From positions 1 to 64,000 of the forward strand of contig DAIDBH010000017.1 of assembly GCA_027310185.1 (NCBI GenBank): a stretch of 64,000 nucleotides of DNA. Reading direction: 5' to 3'. The translations under genes were made by a program, and so were the position numbers. Origin of the DNA: Thermoplasmatales archaeon (GTDB lineage Archaea > Thermoplasmatota > Thermoplasmata > Thermoplasmatales > Thermoplasmataceae). Every line of letters begins with the position of its first letter. The stretch's first letter is position 1. The notes under the pieces are model-generated. The model was given only the letters and a program-made list of their open reading frames with translations. It made no database searches and had not been told where the DNA came from. Below, one piece after another: positions 1 through 9,884 of the stretch.

Positions 1-2
1 GA

Positions 3-47
3 TTCGACATAATACCCTGAAAGAAGGGTGAATAGAAGGCTGTCGAA
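3..47 (+). ncRNA. Structured non-coding left end of IS110; candidate part of a bridge/seek RNA
   Basis: TTCGACA (3-9) pairs with TGTCGAA (41-47) and encloses the hairpin ACCCT-GAAAGA-AGGGT (14-29) plus an internal loop. IS110 ends are known to encode guide RNAs. Probably cut by the window edge. Confidence 0.4.
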
Positions 48-78
48 ATATCTCCTATTCTAAACAAACACCAACCAC

Positions 79-1236
79 TTGGAGGTGGTCAGAATACTGA
101 TTGGAATGGATGTACATAAACGTACCGTATACATTACGGAAATGAATGATGATGGAAACATCATGGAACAGTATGAGATTGCAAATACAGATGATTCATG
201 GACAGAATTCGGTAAAAGATATTTATGCATGAAACCTGAGATTGCACTGGAAGTGTCAACAACAGGAAAATACATTGCAGGAAAGCTGAGGGAAATGGGA
301 TTCTCTGTACATCCTGCAGATCCGGTGAAGCTCGCACTCATATTCAACACTTCGAAGAAGAATGACAGGGAAGATTCATACAAGCTTGCAAAACTATTGA
401 GATTGAATGAACTTCCAGAAGTTCATTTACCATCAAGGGAATCTGATGATCTGAGATTACTTGTAAGGTACAGGAGATCCATCGGCGAGGATATCACCAG
501 GATAAAGAACAGGATACATGCACTCCTGTCATCCCATGGAATTACATTGAGGCAGACAGACATATTTGGAAGATCAGGTCTTATGGAGATTGAAAGGCAA
601 TCCACAAAGTTAAGTGCATCAGAAAGAATAGTGCTGAATTGCATGCTGTCCTCTGTGATCCATCTGAGGAAGGATGCCATTGAAATAGAGGATCAGATGG
701 CCAGGCATGGCAATGTTAGAGAGGATGTAAGGTTGCTCATGACAGTTCCAGGAATAAATGTCTATTCTGCAGTTGCAATAGTATCTGAGATAGATGACAT
801 AAGAAGATTCAGTTCAAAGGAGAAGCTTGCATCATATTCAGGCTTAACACCACGACAGGATCAATCAGGATCAAGAGACATAAGAGGTCACATATCAAAG
901 CATGGTCCTTCAATGCTCAGATTCATACTTGTGACAGCTGCCCATTCTGTGATAAAATATTCACGAAGAATGAGGCAGAAGTACATGCATATTGTAAGGA
1001 GGACAGGAATGAAGAGGGCAATTATTGCAGTTGCACGCATACTTGCTGAAACAGTATACACCATGTTGTCAAGGAATGTTGAATTCATGGATTCCATGGA
1101 TGAACTTACAGAGAGAAAGATCGCTTCCATGTCCAGCAGGGCAAAGAAGCAGTATCAGCCAGAAGACATATCACAGACAATAAAGTTATTAAGATTGCAG
1201 AAGATCGGGAGGATGTCAGGAGAACTTTTTTCATAG
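79..1236 (+). mobile_element. IS110-family transposase (DEDD recombinase)
   Basis: N-terminal IGMDVHK, ALE and KNDREDS acidic residues; C-terminal LMTVPGI...LASYSGLTPRQDQSG...GHISKHG typical of Transposase_20. True start may be slightly downstream of 79. Confidence 0.95.
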
Positions 1237-1256
1237 AAGAACTTTTTTCATAGAAG
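1221..1256 (+). repeat. 17-bp tandem duplication at the IS110 right end
   Basis: AGAACTTTTTTCATAGA at 1221-1237 and 1238-1254, followed by AG; spans the transposase stop codon. Confidence 0.9.
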
Positions 1257-1635
1257 TCTTGGAATATGGTCACCTCCATGGAAGTTATTCTCAGGAGGAT
1301 TTCCAGGGGTGAGCAATGGCTTAAAGGAGGCAACTTATGTAGGAGTGACTATTTATCCTGGGCAAAGCCTGACTCTGAGAGGCATTGAACTAATTGATAT
1401 TCCACAACGCATAATTGGACTTAATGCTCCACCATATCTTATGGGATTCGGTTCTTTTCCACCCGTATTTTGGGCCCCAACTTCTCTACCAAACAAGATT
1501 ACGGCACCGCTCAAAGCTAATGAGAGATATACACTTATAGTATCGTTATACTATGAAGAGGCGAAGAAACCAGTGATTTCAAATTTCATCATAGCCTATG
1601 ATTCCAAATCTACTTTACTTACCCTTATAAAATGA
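1255..1635 (+). pseudogene. Probable 3' part of a hypothetical gene interrupted by IS110
   Basis: The frame of ORF 1309..1635 stays open back to the IS end (SLGIWSPPWKLFSGGFPGV...) with no ATG start. Confidence 0.45.
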
Positions 1636-1699
1636 CAAGGTTTCTCGCTCAAATTTCTTGCAGCATTCCTAAATTTACAAACTTGGATAGTACTTTTAA

Positions 1700-1906
1700 T
1701 GTAAAGCGGAAGAGAAGCTTGCCATCATAAAAGAAGTAAGGAAGAAAATCGGGACTGCTCTCAAAATATCCAGAACAAGTGGAGGAAAGTACATATATCC
1801 CAAGAAGGTATTAGAACTAAAAGAGAAAGGGATGAGCATGAGAGCCATCGCAAAACTGATGGACTGCTCTATAACACCAGTAAGAAGAATACTATGCGAG
1901 GCTTAG
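1700..1906 (+). pseudogene. Resolvase/Hin-type C-terminal HTH fragment
   Basis: Start-less frame ...KKVLELKEKGMSMRAIAKLMDCSITPVRRILCEA* resembles the HTH tail of serine recombinases; not in the ORF track. Confidence 0.55.
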
Positions 1907-2086
1907 ATAAAAATGGGAAATAGAAAAAACGTTGAGTTTGTATCATCTATTAGCACACTTACTTCAGATAGAAGGAATCTGAAAATGATCATGGGTGATT
2001 CGACAGATAAAAAAAGGAAAGCGAGGTCGATGTGAATATCCTCCAATAGTCAAGATGAGACATGGCTAAATAGACTTTGCATTTTA

Positions 2087-2884
2087 TTGGAACATTATGT
2101 AGATAAAATGGTAATAGATAATTTCTTATCACGTGACTTCCCGGTTCACTGTACAGACGATCCTAAACTTGTTTATGCTTGTGATCAGGGAAGACTGAAG
2201 GAAGTGTTTTACGCCGACAAAGGCATAAAATATGATGAAATTTGGGAGTATCCCGACGAACAGAAATTATTTTCATTAATCGAATTTCTTTATGTTCATT
2301 CTAGTGAACCTATACAACTGAGGCAACACCCCTTTTTCAACCACGAAGATATTAATAAATTTTCAGTTCAATCAGGGTGTGAGAAATTTACAAACGGAAT
2401 TAATGACATTTTTAAAAACGTGAAAGCACCGTTTCAATTGATTTCAGGGAGAGTCACAAATGCGGTTAATGAAATTTTTGAGACAATAGTTGATAAAAAT
2501 ATTTTCAACACAGGAGATAAGACGACAGACGAACTCCTTAAATCTTCTGTCAACTTATTCAAAGATACAAGCAACGCAAATAAGAAGAGGGCATTAGAGG
2601 ACCTATGGAAATCATGGGAACGTATAAAAACCTTGGAAAACGCCAACAAGAAAACAGGACTTGAGAAAATTCTCAAAGAAGCGGTACCTAGCAACGAACT
2701 CCGTAAAGAAATAGAAAAAGATGCAATGAGTTTGACAGAAATTGGAAACCATTTTCAAATTAGACATTATGAGAATAGTTCAATTCCCATAAGAGATGAA
2801 GACATGGACTATCTCTATTTCAGACTGTATAATTTGATATATAAAATTTTATTAGGAACTAATCGAATCTCACATGAGACGTAA
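2087..2884 (+). CDS. AbiJ-related / HEPN-like putative anti-viral protein
   Basis: C-terminal LEDLWKSWERIKTL...LTEIGNHFQIRH...DYLYFRL pattern recalled from AbiJ-NTD/Abi_C-type proteins; AT-rich; frame open upstream to 2036. Confidence 0.6.
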   Translation: MEHYVDKMVIDNFLSRDFPVHCTDDPKLVYACDQGRLKEVFYADKGIKYDEIWEYPDEQKLFSLIEFLYVHSSEPIQLRQHPFFNHEDINKFSVQSGCEKFTNGINDIFKNVKAPFQLISGRVTNAVNEIFETIVDKNIFNTGDKTTDELLKSSVNLFKDTSNANKKRALEDLWKSWERIKTLENANKKTGLEKILKEAVPSNELRKEIEKDAMSLTEIGNHFQIRHYENSSIPIRDEDMDYLYFRLYNLIYKILLGTNRISHET

Positions 2885-2926
2885 TAAAAATGTCATTCTG
2901 TCGTGAATGATGCGACTGACTTAAAT

Positions 2927-2954
2927 CTTCCATACTAACTAGTTTTTCTGAAAT
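2927..2954 (-). CRISPR. Single orphan CRISPR repeat
   Basis: CTTCCATACTAACTAGTTTTTCTGAAAT (minus strand ends ...GTATGGAAG) resembles Thermoplasma/Picrophilus repeats from memory; lies downstream of a cas2 fragment and an AT-rich leader; no second copy seen. Confidence 0.65.
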
Positions 2955-3142
2955 CCGTCACTCATTATTTCCATGTATTTGGATATTTTGAAATTTGTGA
3001 GGTTTTGAAAGCAAACTAATATTACTCCATTCTTAAATGTAGTCACTAGAAGTTTCATTTAGACCTTATTTTTACAGTGTTTACAAACTGTCAACCGGTA
3101 AGGTTACTTTTCCATCATCCTTTATATAACCTGACCTTTTAT
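2955..3142 (-). promoter_or_regulatory. Putative CRISPR leader
   Basis: AT-rich non-coding stretch of about 190 bp between the cas2-like stop and the repeat, the canonical leader position. Confidence 0.5.
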
Positions 3143-3310
3143 TCATAAAACGTTATGAATATCCTGATCCTGTTTTCCGATTTTAACTCGCTGCAAATAG
3201 CTCTCAGTTTTTAACTGGTATATTAGTATCCTGTCTTCTGGTTCTATAATTTTTTTAATTCCCTTCTTCATACTCTCAATTGTAGTTCTTTTTCTGTGAT
3301 CCTAAATATG
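3143..3310 (-). pseudogene. cas2: cas2 C-terminal remnant, frameshifted and 5'-truncated
   Basis: Minus strand reads ITEKEL, then in another frame IESMKKGIKKIIEPEDRILIYQLKTESYLQRVKIGKQDQDIHNVL*, matching the second half of type I-B-like Cas2; the N-terminal YDV motif is absent. Confidence 0.7.
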
Positions 3311-3344
3311 ATTATGTTCTAATACGAATTCCTCACTTACTATT

Positions 3345-3815
3345 ACTAACCCACATTGATACCCTTAAAACTCAGTTCAATATTGTTGTTTGTCATGATG
3401 ATTCTTGCACCATACCTTGTTTAACCTCTCATGCCATATGACAACTTGGCAATGTAATTCTGGGCCATATACCGATGCCACATGCCTCTGGAAAGTTTCT
3501 GTTTTTTGCTTTCACATCAATAGAATAATTGGAGCGTTTTTCCAATGATACATAGATGAACTCATCCGGTTCGCAAACTATCTCTGTTGCATCACCCTCT
3601 CTAGAAAATGCACTTCCTCCTACCGATGGTTCGGTGATCTTTTCCCTAGTCATATGCCTTGATGGCCGTTTATGTGTATTCTCATGAAAAAGCAGTCTCT
3701 TCCCCATGGATTAGATCTCCCCCCTTAGTGTTTCATTCTCATCCGTAAGTTTAATTAGAGTGCTTTCCAGTTCCATAATATATTTCTCAGCATCAATCTC
3801 TTCTTGAATTACCAT
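3345..3815 (-). pseudogene. Degenerate IS66-family transposase N-terminal fragment
   Basis: ATG at 3815 gives the coiled coil MVIQEEIDAEKYIMELESTLIKLTDENETLRGEI, an in-frame TAA (3711-3713), then HENTHKRPSR...ATEIVCEPDEFIYVSLEK, resembling the YENPHTPPS...GATR..PDE pattern of archaeal IS66 transposases. Confidence 0.6.
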
Positions 3816-3985
3816 GTGATGTCATGATACGCTCATGAGAATACTTTTCGGTTCAGCATATAACAATTTACGACAATCAAATTGATGAAAGGAATTAAAT
3901 CGGAGCTAAACAAGTACAAATTATGAATTCACCTATCATCTTTGGAGCATGGGTAGATTTAAGTTTGATTTTCTATTCACGACCT

Positions 3986-4984
3986 ATGTTGCTTGCCATT
4001 GACGGCGGTTCAACAAAGACCATTGCTGTCATTTTTGATGATAATAAGGGTGAAATAATCTCAGCTGGCCTGGGTGGATCTGCAAATTATACCACCAATA
4101 GTGTGGAGAGTGCTATTTCAAATCTTACAAAGGCCATAAATAATGCTTTGAGTGGTGCTCAGATCCGGATGGATTCTGTTCATGAGATCATAGTGTCCAT
4201 TGTTGGAATAGGGGATTCCCAGGAAGCGACTCTTATGGGCGAAAAAATTCTTTCAGACATACTAAAAGGAAAAAAATACAGTGCCATTAATGATGGTCTT
4301 GCAGCCTATTATCTCGGGAACGGTTCCGAAAATGGGATAGTCTTCGCCCCCGGTACAGGCAGTGTGGGATATATAAAAACAGGAAGTGAGATGAAAAGGT
4401 TCGGTGGCTGGGGATGGAGCATTGGAGATATGTCCTCTGCAACCTGGTTCAGCAAGAAAGCCATTGAGATTGCCATGATGGAAATGGATTCAGAACAGGA
4501 GGAAAAACCTTTTCTTGAACACCTCCAGAGGCATTTTAAGATGCCACTCAGGGATATTGCCTGGCAAGTTGAAACCAGAAAAATGCCGAAAGAAGATCTT
4601 GCGTCTTTCTCAACCAATCTGTCCCCAATGGCATCTTCTGGAAACAGTGAGGCACTTTCACTCTATGAACAATCAGCCATATACATGGGAAATGTAGTTA
4701 GGGGCATCAAAAGGAGATATCCAGATGCAACGAGGGTTTCCATAATGGGCGGGACAATGCAGGCAGGCGAATTTTATTACGAAAAGATAAGAAAACACAT
4801 ACCTGATGTGAATATATATTTCGGTTATGAGATTATAGCTGGAGCCATAATGCATCGTAAGAATGATGTATCATTCAAATTCAGGGATAAATTGCTTGAA
4901 CAGCTAGACAGTGCACTGAGAGCCATACCTGAAGCTGATCTTAAGAAATACCTTAATATAGAGAGGCCATTGCATCTTCCATGA
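3986..4984 (+). CDS. BadF/BadG/BcrA/BcrD-family sugar (GlcNAc-type) kinase
   Basis: AIDGGSTKT, IND, PGTGS, FGGWGWSIGD motifs; start moved to ATG 3986. Confidence 0.9.
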   Translation: MLLAIDGGSTKTIAVIFDDNKGEIISAGLGGSANYTTNSVESAISNLTKAINNALSGAQIRMDSVHEIIVSIVGIGDSQEATLMGEKILSDILKGKKYSAINDGLAAYYLGNGSENGIVFAPGTGSVGYIKTGSEMKRFGGWGWSIGDMSSATWFSKKAIEIAMMEMDSEQEEKPFLEHLQRHFKMPLRDIAWQVETRKMPKEDLASFSTNLSPMASSGNSEALSLYEQSAIYMGNVVRGIKRRYPDATRVSIMGGTMQAGEFYYEKIRKHIPDVNIYFGYEIIAGAIMHRKNDVSFKFRDKLLEQLDSALRAIPEADLKKYLNIERPLHLP

Positions 4985-6010
4985 TCATTTCTTCTCAAAA
5001 TTAAAGGTACCCACTGACATCCTTATATCCTCCAGAGTGGCATTTTTTCCACCCACGCTTAACTCACCATTTTCTGTTCGAATTATCAGCGCCTGCTGCA
5101 GTCCCGGTATCCTCTGGACAGATATTACTTCCGCTTCAATAGAAACGGGTCCGCTAGAATCGTATCCCTCAATTTCTACAAAGGACCTGTAACCCTTCGA
5201 TGTCATATTTTCTATAAGTTCACAGGCCAGCCATGAAGAGGATATCTTTATATTTTCCATCCCTTCAAAATCTGAATAATACCTGGATGAAGTCCAGTTC
5301 ATGTTGAAGTAGTAGAAATCCAGCACATCAACGAGTTCCTCTTCCTGTATGAATATGGAATAATCTGAGCCTTGCGAAAGTGAATTGGCATTGAGGAAGG
5401 CCATTTTTCTATCCACGACCACTATCTCTACTGGCATGACATTCCTGATTCTGAGAACACCAAGTTCACACAGGCTAGTCACGTTTTGGTCACCTATATT
5501 TTCCTTCATAACTGAACATATGGTAACGCCCTTTTTTCTCTTCCTCCTGAGGGCCGGTAAGAGATCTGTAAGTTTGCCATATTCCATGGAAAGAAGTATT
5601 TCTGATTCCGCCTGTGAAATCATGTCTTCTAGTTTGACCATCACACTTTTACTATTTTCTATAAACCATACGTTTGGTGCCCTGATTTCGAAACTCCTCC
5701 TGTTCTCCCTTACGTATTCCTCAAGACTATCTAAGTAATTATTCATGGATTCGACATGGTGCCTGAGTGCTGCAGATGGCATCACTGCCTCATATGTTTT
5801 CTGTATGCTTGAATTCATGATTATGAGCCCCTTTCTCTGAAGTTTTCCCAGAACATCATATGTTCTCGGCTGCGGGATTCCAGTTTCCCTTATTATTTCA
5901 CTGGCTCGCATTGGACCTCTTATTAAGAGTGAAGAATATGCTTTTATTTCATAGTTGGATAACTGAAATTTTTCCAGGTCTCTAAATGCATCAGAATCCA
6001 AGTCCATCAT
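4985..6010 (-). CDS. trmB: TrmB-family sugar-sensing transcriptional regulator
   Basis: LSNYEIKAYSSLL...GIPQPRTYDVLGKLQRKG wHTH; C-terminal SVGGKNATLEDI sugar-binding motif. Confidence 0.93.
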   Translation of the reverse strand: MMDLDSDAFRDLEKFQLSNYEIKAYSSLLIRGPMRASEIIRETGIPQPRTYDVLGKLQRKGLIIMNSSIQKTYEAVMPSAALRHHVESMNNYLDSLEEYVRENRRSFEIRAPNVWFIENSKSVMVKLEDMISQAESEILLSMEYGKLTDLLPALRRKRKKGVTICSVMKENIGDQNVTSLCELGVLRIRNVMPVEIVVVDRKMAFLNANSLSQGSDYSIFIQEEELVDVLDFYYFNMNWTSSRYYSDFEGMENIKISSSWLACELIENMTSKGYRSFVEIEGYDSSGPVSIEAEVISVQRIPGLQQALIIRTENGELSVGGKNATLEDIRMSVGTFNFEKK

Positions 6011-6059
6011 CCGGATTATGCTTTAAAAATATATAATGATCCACATTGCCATAAACCTT

Positions 6060-7949
6060 TCATGAATCCATAACTTCTACCTTAACCTTCCTGTGACCTG
6101 TGGATATCTCTCTATTATGATCATTATGAGATATATTGAACTCCCCATCCATGAAAATTTTGAATGAACCCTTTCCATAGACATATATATTATGGTCATA
6201 AATTACTGCCGAATTGTTTTTTATGAATATTGGAAAGAGATCATCAACTTTTAAATATGCAGGTCCCGAAACCGTTTCACCTGTGCTGAAATGAATCCAT
6301 TTTCCTTCAGGCAGGTATAATTCTCTCCCCTGTGTGTTTTCCAGGTTAGGTGCGTATATTATGTTGTCACCCAGCATGTACTGATCCTGGATATGTATGG
6401 CGGTTTCATCGTTCCAGTAATAGAATGACATAGGTGCAACAGTTGGCTTCAGGTATTTATGTGAGAAGTATATTGACTGGTAAATTTGATCCTGAAATTT
6501 GTAACGCATTTTCACGCTCTGTATGATGTTTTCCCTGATTCTTGGAGGCTGAAGGAAAATTTCCTGCTCGTTTCCTGCTTTATCCTTGTGGTTCCTGTAT
6601 AATGGAAATAGAAGAGCCATCCTGTAATAGGCAGCCAGAAGATCGGGTGTGCCATTGTTGAAAAAACCCCCAAGGTCGCAGCCGCATGAGGTCACTCCAC
6701 TGATAGAAAGTGATGGGACCATGGACATCTGAAGGTAAAGATCATCAACAGATGATATATTATCTCCCGACCACATGGCTGCATATTTCTGGATGCCAGA
6801 ATATCCTGACCGTGTAAGAATAAATGGATTGGAGAACTTCTCAGCCATCGATTCGTATGTTGCCTTGGCCTGAAAGTTTGGATAGGCGTTCCTTATTTCT
6901 CTGTGCTTCCTCACCATTCCATCATCTGTTCTGTGCAGAGCGTTTCCCTCTATAATTTTGTCATCCTTGAGCACTGTTGGTTCATTCATGTCGAGCCAGA
7001 TTCCATCCACGCCGTATTCAAGCCATCTCTTAATTTCTTCACCCCATTTCCTCCTGGCTTCCATGTTGAAAAAATCCGGAAAGGCAGAAATTCCCGGCCA
7101 CATGGGACCTGTATATATCTCATTTTTTTCCGTTTCCATGTATGTTCCATTCAATCTGTTGAAAACGTCATATTCCTGATCTACCTTCACCGACGGATCT
7201 ATAATTGTCACGATTTTTGTATCCCTTTCATGAAGCTTGTTTATGAATGCTTCGGGTTCTCTAAAACGATCCCTGTCCCAGGTGAACAGCTTGTAATCCT
7301 TCATGTGATGTATATCAAAATACATTGAATCTACTGGAACAAACTCCCTGTACATGTCAAGAACCTCCAGTGCAACATTATCCGGGTAGTATGTATATCG
7401 TGAGATGGAATGACCTGTTGCCCATTTTGGAATGAGCACAGGTTCCCCGGTCAGCCTCATATACTGCTCAAGAATTTCCTCAGGTGTCCTGCCACTGAAC
7501 ACAAAGAAATCAAATTCACTGGATTCAACTTCTATATTGATTTTATTGTATATATCTACACCAAAGTCAAAAACTATTTTTCCAGGATAATCCACGAAAT
7601 ATCCATATGCCCTGTTTCCTGCAATCAGGGTGAAGAATGGAATGGATGAATAAATTGGATCTTCACCCCTTTTATATGTGTCAGGGTCCCTGTTCATGGA
7701 TACCAACTTCCTTCTTTTCCTGTCCACAGGAAATGCCTTTTCACCAAGTCCAATTATGTGGGATTTCACAGGGAGATCTATCTGAATTGATGTACCATCA
7801 CCCTGCAGATCGAATGTTGCATTGCCAGGAAGTTTAATCGAATTTTTTTCGGATGAGCTCTCATCATTCTTTCTAAAATTCATTATGGATCTGTATCCAT
7901 TGAAATTTACCACCGTGTAATCATGATTTAAATAAACTGCAAATGACAT
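6060..7949 (-). CDS. GH31 alpha-glucosidase
   Basis: DGIWLDMNEP nucleophile motif, WSGDN acid/base, GCDLGGF, YRNH. Confidence 0.95.
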   Translation of the reverse strand: MSFAVYLNHDYTVVNFNGYRSIMNFRKNDESSSEKNSIKLPGNATFDLQGDGTSIQIDLPVKSHIIGLGEKAFPVDRKRRKLVSMNRDPDTYKRGEDPIYSSIPFFTLIAGNRAYGYFVDYPGKIVFDFGVDIYNKINIEVESSEFDFFVFSGRTPEEILEQYMRLTGEPVLIPKWATGHSISRYTYYPDNVALEVLDMYREFVPVDSMYFDIHHMKDYKLFTWDRDRFREPEAFINKLHERDTKIVTIIDPSVKVDQEYDVFNRLNGTYMETEKNEIYTGPMWPGISAFPDFFNMEARRKWGEEIKRWLEYGVDGIWLDMNEPTVLKDDKIIEGNALHRTDDGMVRKHREIRNAYPNFQAKATYESMAEKFSNPFILTRSGYSGIQKYAAMWSGDNISSVDDLYLQMSMVPSLSISGVTSCGCDLGGFFNNGTPDLLAAYYRMALLFPLYRNHKDKAGNEQEIFLQPPRIRENIIQSVKMRYKFQDQIYQSIYFSHKYLKPTVAPMSFYYWNDETAIHIQDQYMLGDNIIYAPNLENTQGRELYLPEGKWIHFSTGETVSGPAYLKVDDLFPIFIKNNSAVIYDHNIYVYGKGSFKIFMDGEFNISHNDHNREISTGHRKVKVEVMDS

Positions 7950-7993
7950 ATTCTTACCTCTATTTAATTAAATGAGTTGACAGCAAATGTCAC

Positions 7994-9055
7994 TCAATTT
8001 TTATCTATCCTCTCTCCACCTGTTCCAAACAAATATATCTCCGACATTGGAATATAAAGAATTAACTCCGATGCGGGATACATTTCTGGGGTTTCTGTTA
8101 GCCTGACCCTGACCTCCTTCCCGGATTTTGTCCTGCCTATAATTACGGAATATGAGCCGAAACTTTCAATTGTCTGCGGGTTGATCCTGATTTCTATATC
8201 CGTATCGTTCTCCTTTTTCAGCTTTATGGATTCTGGTCTAACACCCAGATTTATCTCCTTCTCCTGAATAGTGATTCCTTTTACATTAAGATCGTCCGAA
8301 CTGTATGCGTCAGAAACTTTGACAAGATCGAAGAAGTTGATGGCAGGTTCTCCAAGGAAAGCGGCCACATAATCATTTACAGGATTCCTGTATACATCCA
8401 TAGGCGCACCTACCTGTTCAAGCTTTCCGTTTCTCAGAATTGCTATGTGATCTCCAAGGGACATGGCTTCCTGCTGGTCATGTGTGACATAAATGAATGT
8501 TTTTCCAAGATTTTCCTGTATTAATTTTAATTCGACCCTTATCTGGTTCCTTATTTTTGCATCCAGGTTCGAGAGGGGTTCATCAAGAAGAAATATACCC
8601 GGGTCCCGTACCAGTGCCCTTCCCAGGGATACCCTCTGTGCCTGCCCACCGGATAGTTCCCTTGGATATCTGTCCAGATATTGCTCCAGTCCCAGCGTGT
8701 TTGATACTTCATCCACCTTCTTTGCTATTTTGTCCTTCGGAAACTTTCTCATTCTCAGAGGGAATGCGATGTTATTTCTCACGGTGAGGTGAGGATAAAG
8801 CGCGTAATCCTGAAAGACCATTGCGATGCCACGCTGGACAGGACTCAGGTGATTTACTATCTTGCCATCGAACATGATGTCGCCTGATGTTGCCTTTTCC
8901 AGGCCTGCTATTATATTAAGTGTTGTTGACTTGCCAGAGCCTGACGCACCAAGAAGGATGAAAAACTCCTTGTCCTCAACATCGAGATTCAAATCTTTTA
9001 ACACCACTGTGCTTGAAAACTTTTTGCTAATATTTGCTAATTTAACTGAAACCAT
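7994..9055 (-). CDS. Sugar ABC transporter ATP-binding protein (MalK-like)
   Basis: GASGSGKST, LSGGQAQR, LLDEPLSNLDAK, YVTHDQ. Confidence 0.96.
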   Translation of the reverse strand: MVSVKLANISKKFSSTVVLKDLNLDVEDKEFFILLGASGSGKSTTLNIIAGLEKATSGDIMFDGKIVNHLSPVQRGIAMVFQDYALYPHLTVRNNIAFPLRMRKFPKDKIAKKVDEVSNTLGLEQYLDRYPRELSGGQAQRVSLGRALVRDPGIFLLDEPLSNLDAKIRNQIRVELKLIQENLGKTFIYVTHDQQEAMSLGDHIAILRNGKLEQVGAPMDVYRNPVNDYVAAFLGEPAINFFDLVKVSDAYSSDDLNVKGITIQEKEINLGVRPESIKLKKENDTDIEIRINPQTIESFGSYSVIIGRTKSGKEVRVRLTETPEMYPASELILYIPMSEIYLFGTGGERIDKN

Positions 9056-9059
9056 ATTT

Positions 9060-9884
9060 TCACCCTTTTACTCCTCCTACGGAGAACGCTTTTATAAGAT
9101 ATTTTTGTGCGAATATGTATAGAACCAGCGCTGGAATCATATATATTACAGAGGCTGCTGCGAGTTGATTGTACTGAACAGAATATGCACCAAAGTAAGT
9201 ATAGATGTAAACGGCTATGGGAAAAAGATTTCTGGAGCTCAACAGAATGTATGGCACATAGAAATTTCCCCAGTTTGTTATGAAATCTAGCAGTATGAGT
9301 ACAGCAATGGTTGGAAATGCCATTGGCAGGAAGACGTATAAAATAGACTGAACAGGAGACGCTCCGTCAACTAAAGCTGCCCTCTCGATAGATCTCGGTA
9401 TCTGGTCAAATGAATTCTTCATTATCCAGATTGTAATTGGAAGATTCAGCACACCGAGGAATAGAATGACACCTATCTGGGTATTGTAAAGATTGACGTT
9501 CTGGTAGAACACATACATGGGTATTAGCAATGAAAATACTGGAAAACCGGTAAAGAACAGAATTGTGAGTATGAGTGCAATCCTGAAAGGAAACCTCTTT
9601 CTTGAGAATACATAGGCAGCAAAGACTGCCAGAACTATTGAGAATGCAGTTCCTCCAAGGGACTGTATTAAACCGTTCTCTATGGATAATGAAAAGTATT
9701 TATTTGCGAATATTGCCTCATATGCCCCGATTGTAAAAGCTCCAAAATTGCCAAAACCTTCATTGCTTATGGATGCGAATCCTTCTACAAATATCCATAC
9801 AAATGGTATCAGGAAAAATATTGCTAGAGCTGTTAACAGGATGTAGGAAAGCACACTCTTTAGGTTAATAATTTCAGTCTTCAA
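9060..9884 (-). CDS. Sugar ABC transporter permease (MalG-like)
   Basis: Six TM helices; EAA loop IPRSIERAALVDGAS. Confidence 0.93.
   Translation of the reverse strand: MKTEIINLKSVLSYILLTALAIFFLIPFVWIFVEGFASISNEGFGNFGAFTIGAYEAIFANKYFSLSIENGLIQSLGGTAFSIVLAVFAAYVFSRKRFPFRIALILTILFFTGFPVFSLLIPMYVFYQNVNLYNTQIGVILFLGVLNLPITIWIMKNSFDQIPRSIERAALVDGASPVQSILYVFLPMAFPTIAVLILLDFITNWGNFYVPYILLSSRNLFPIAVYIYTYFGAYSVQYNQLAAASVIYMIPALVLYIFAQKYLIKAFSVGGVKG

Noticed and set aside
1997-2030. GATTCGACA shared with the window start as a possible second IS110 end
   Set aside because: Only a 9-nt match with no further similarity.
2860-2960. Functional CRISPR array
   Set aside because: Only one repeat copy was found; no repeat at spacer distance on either side.
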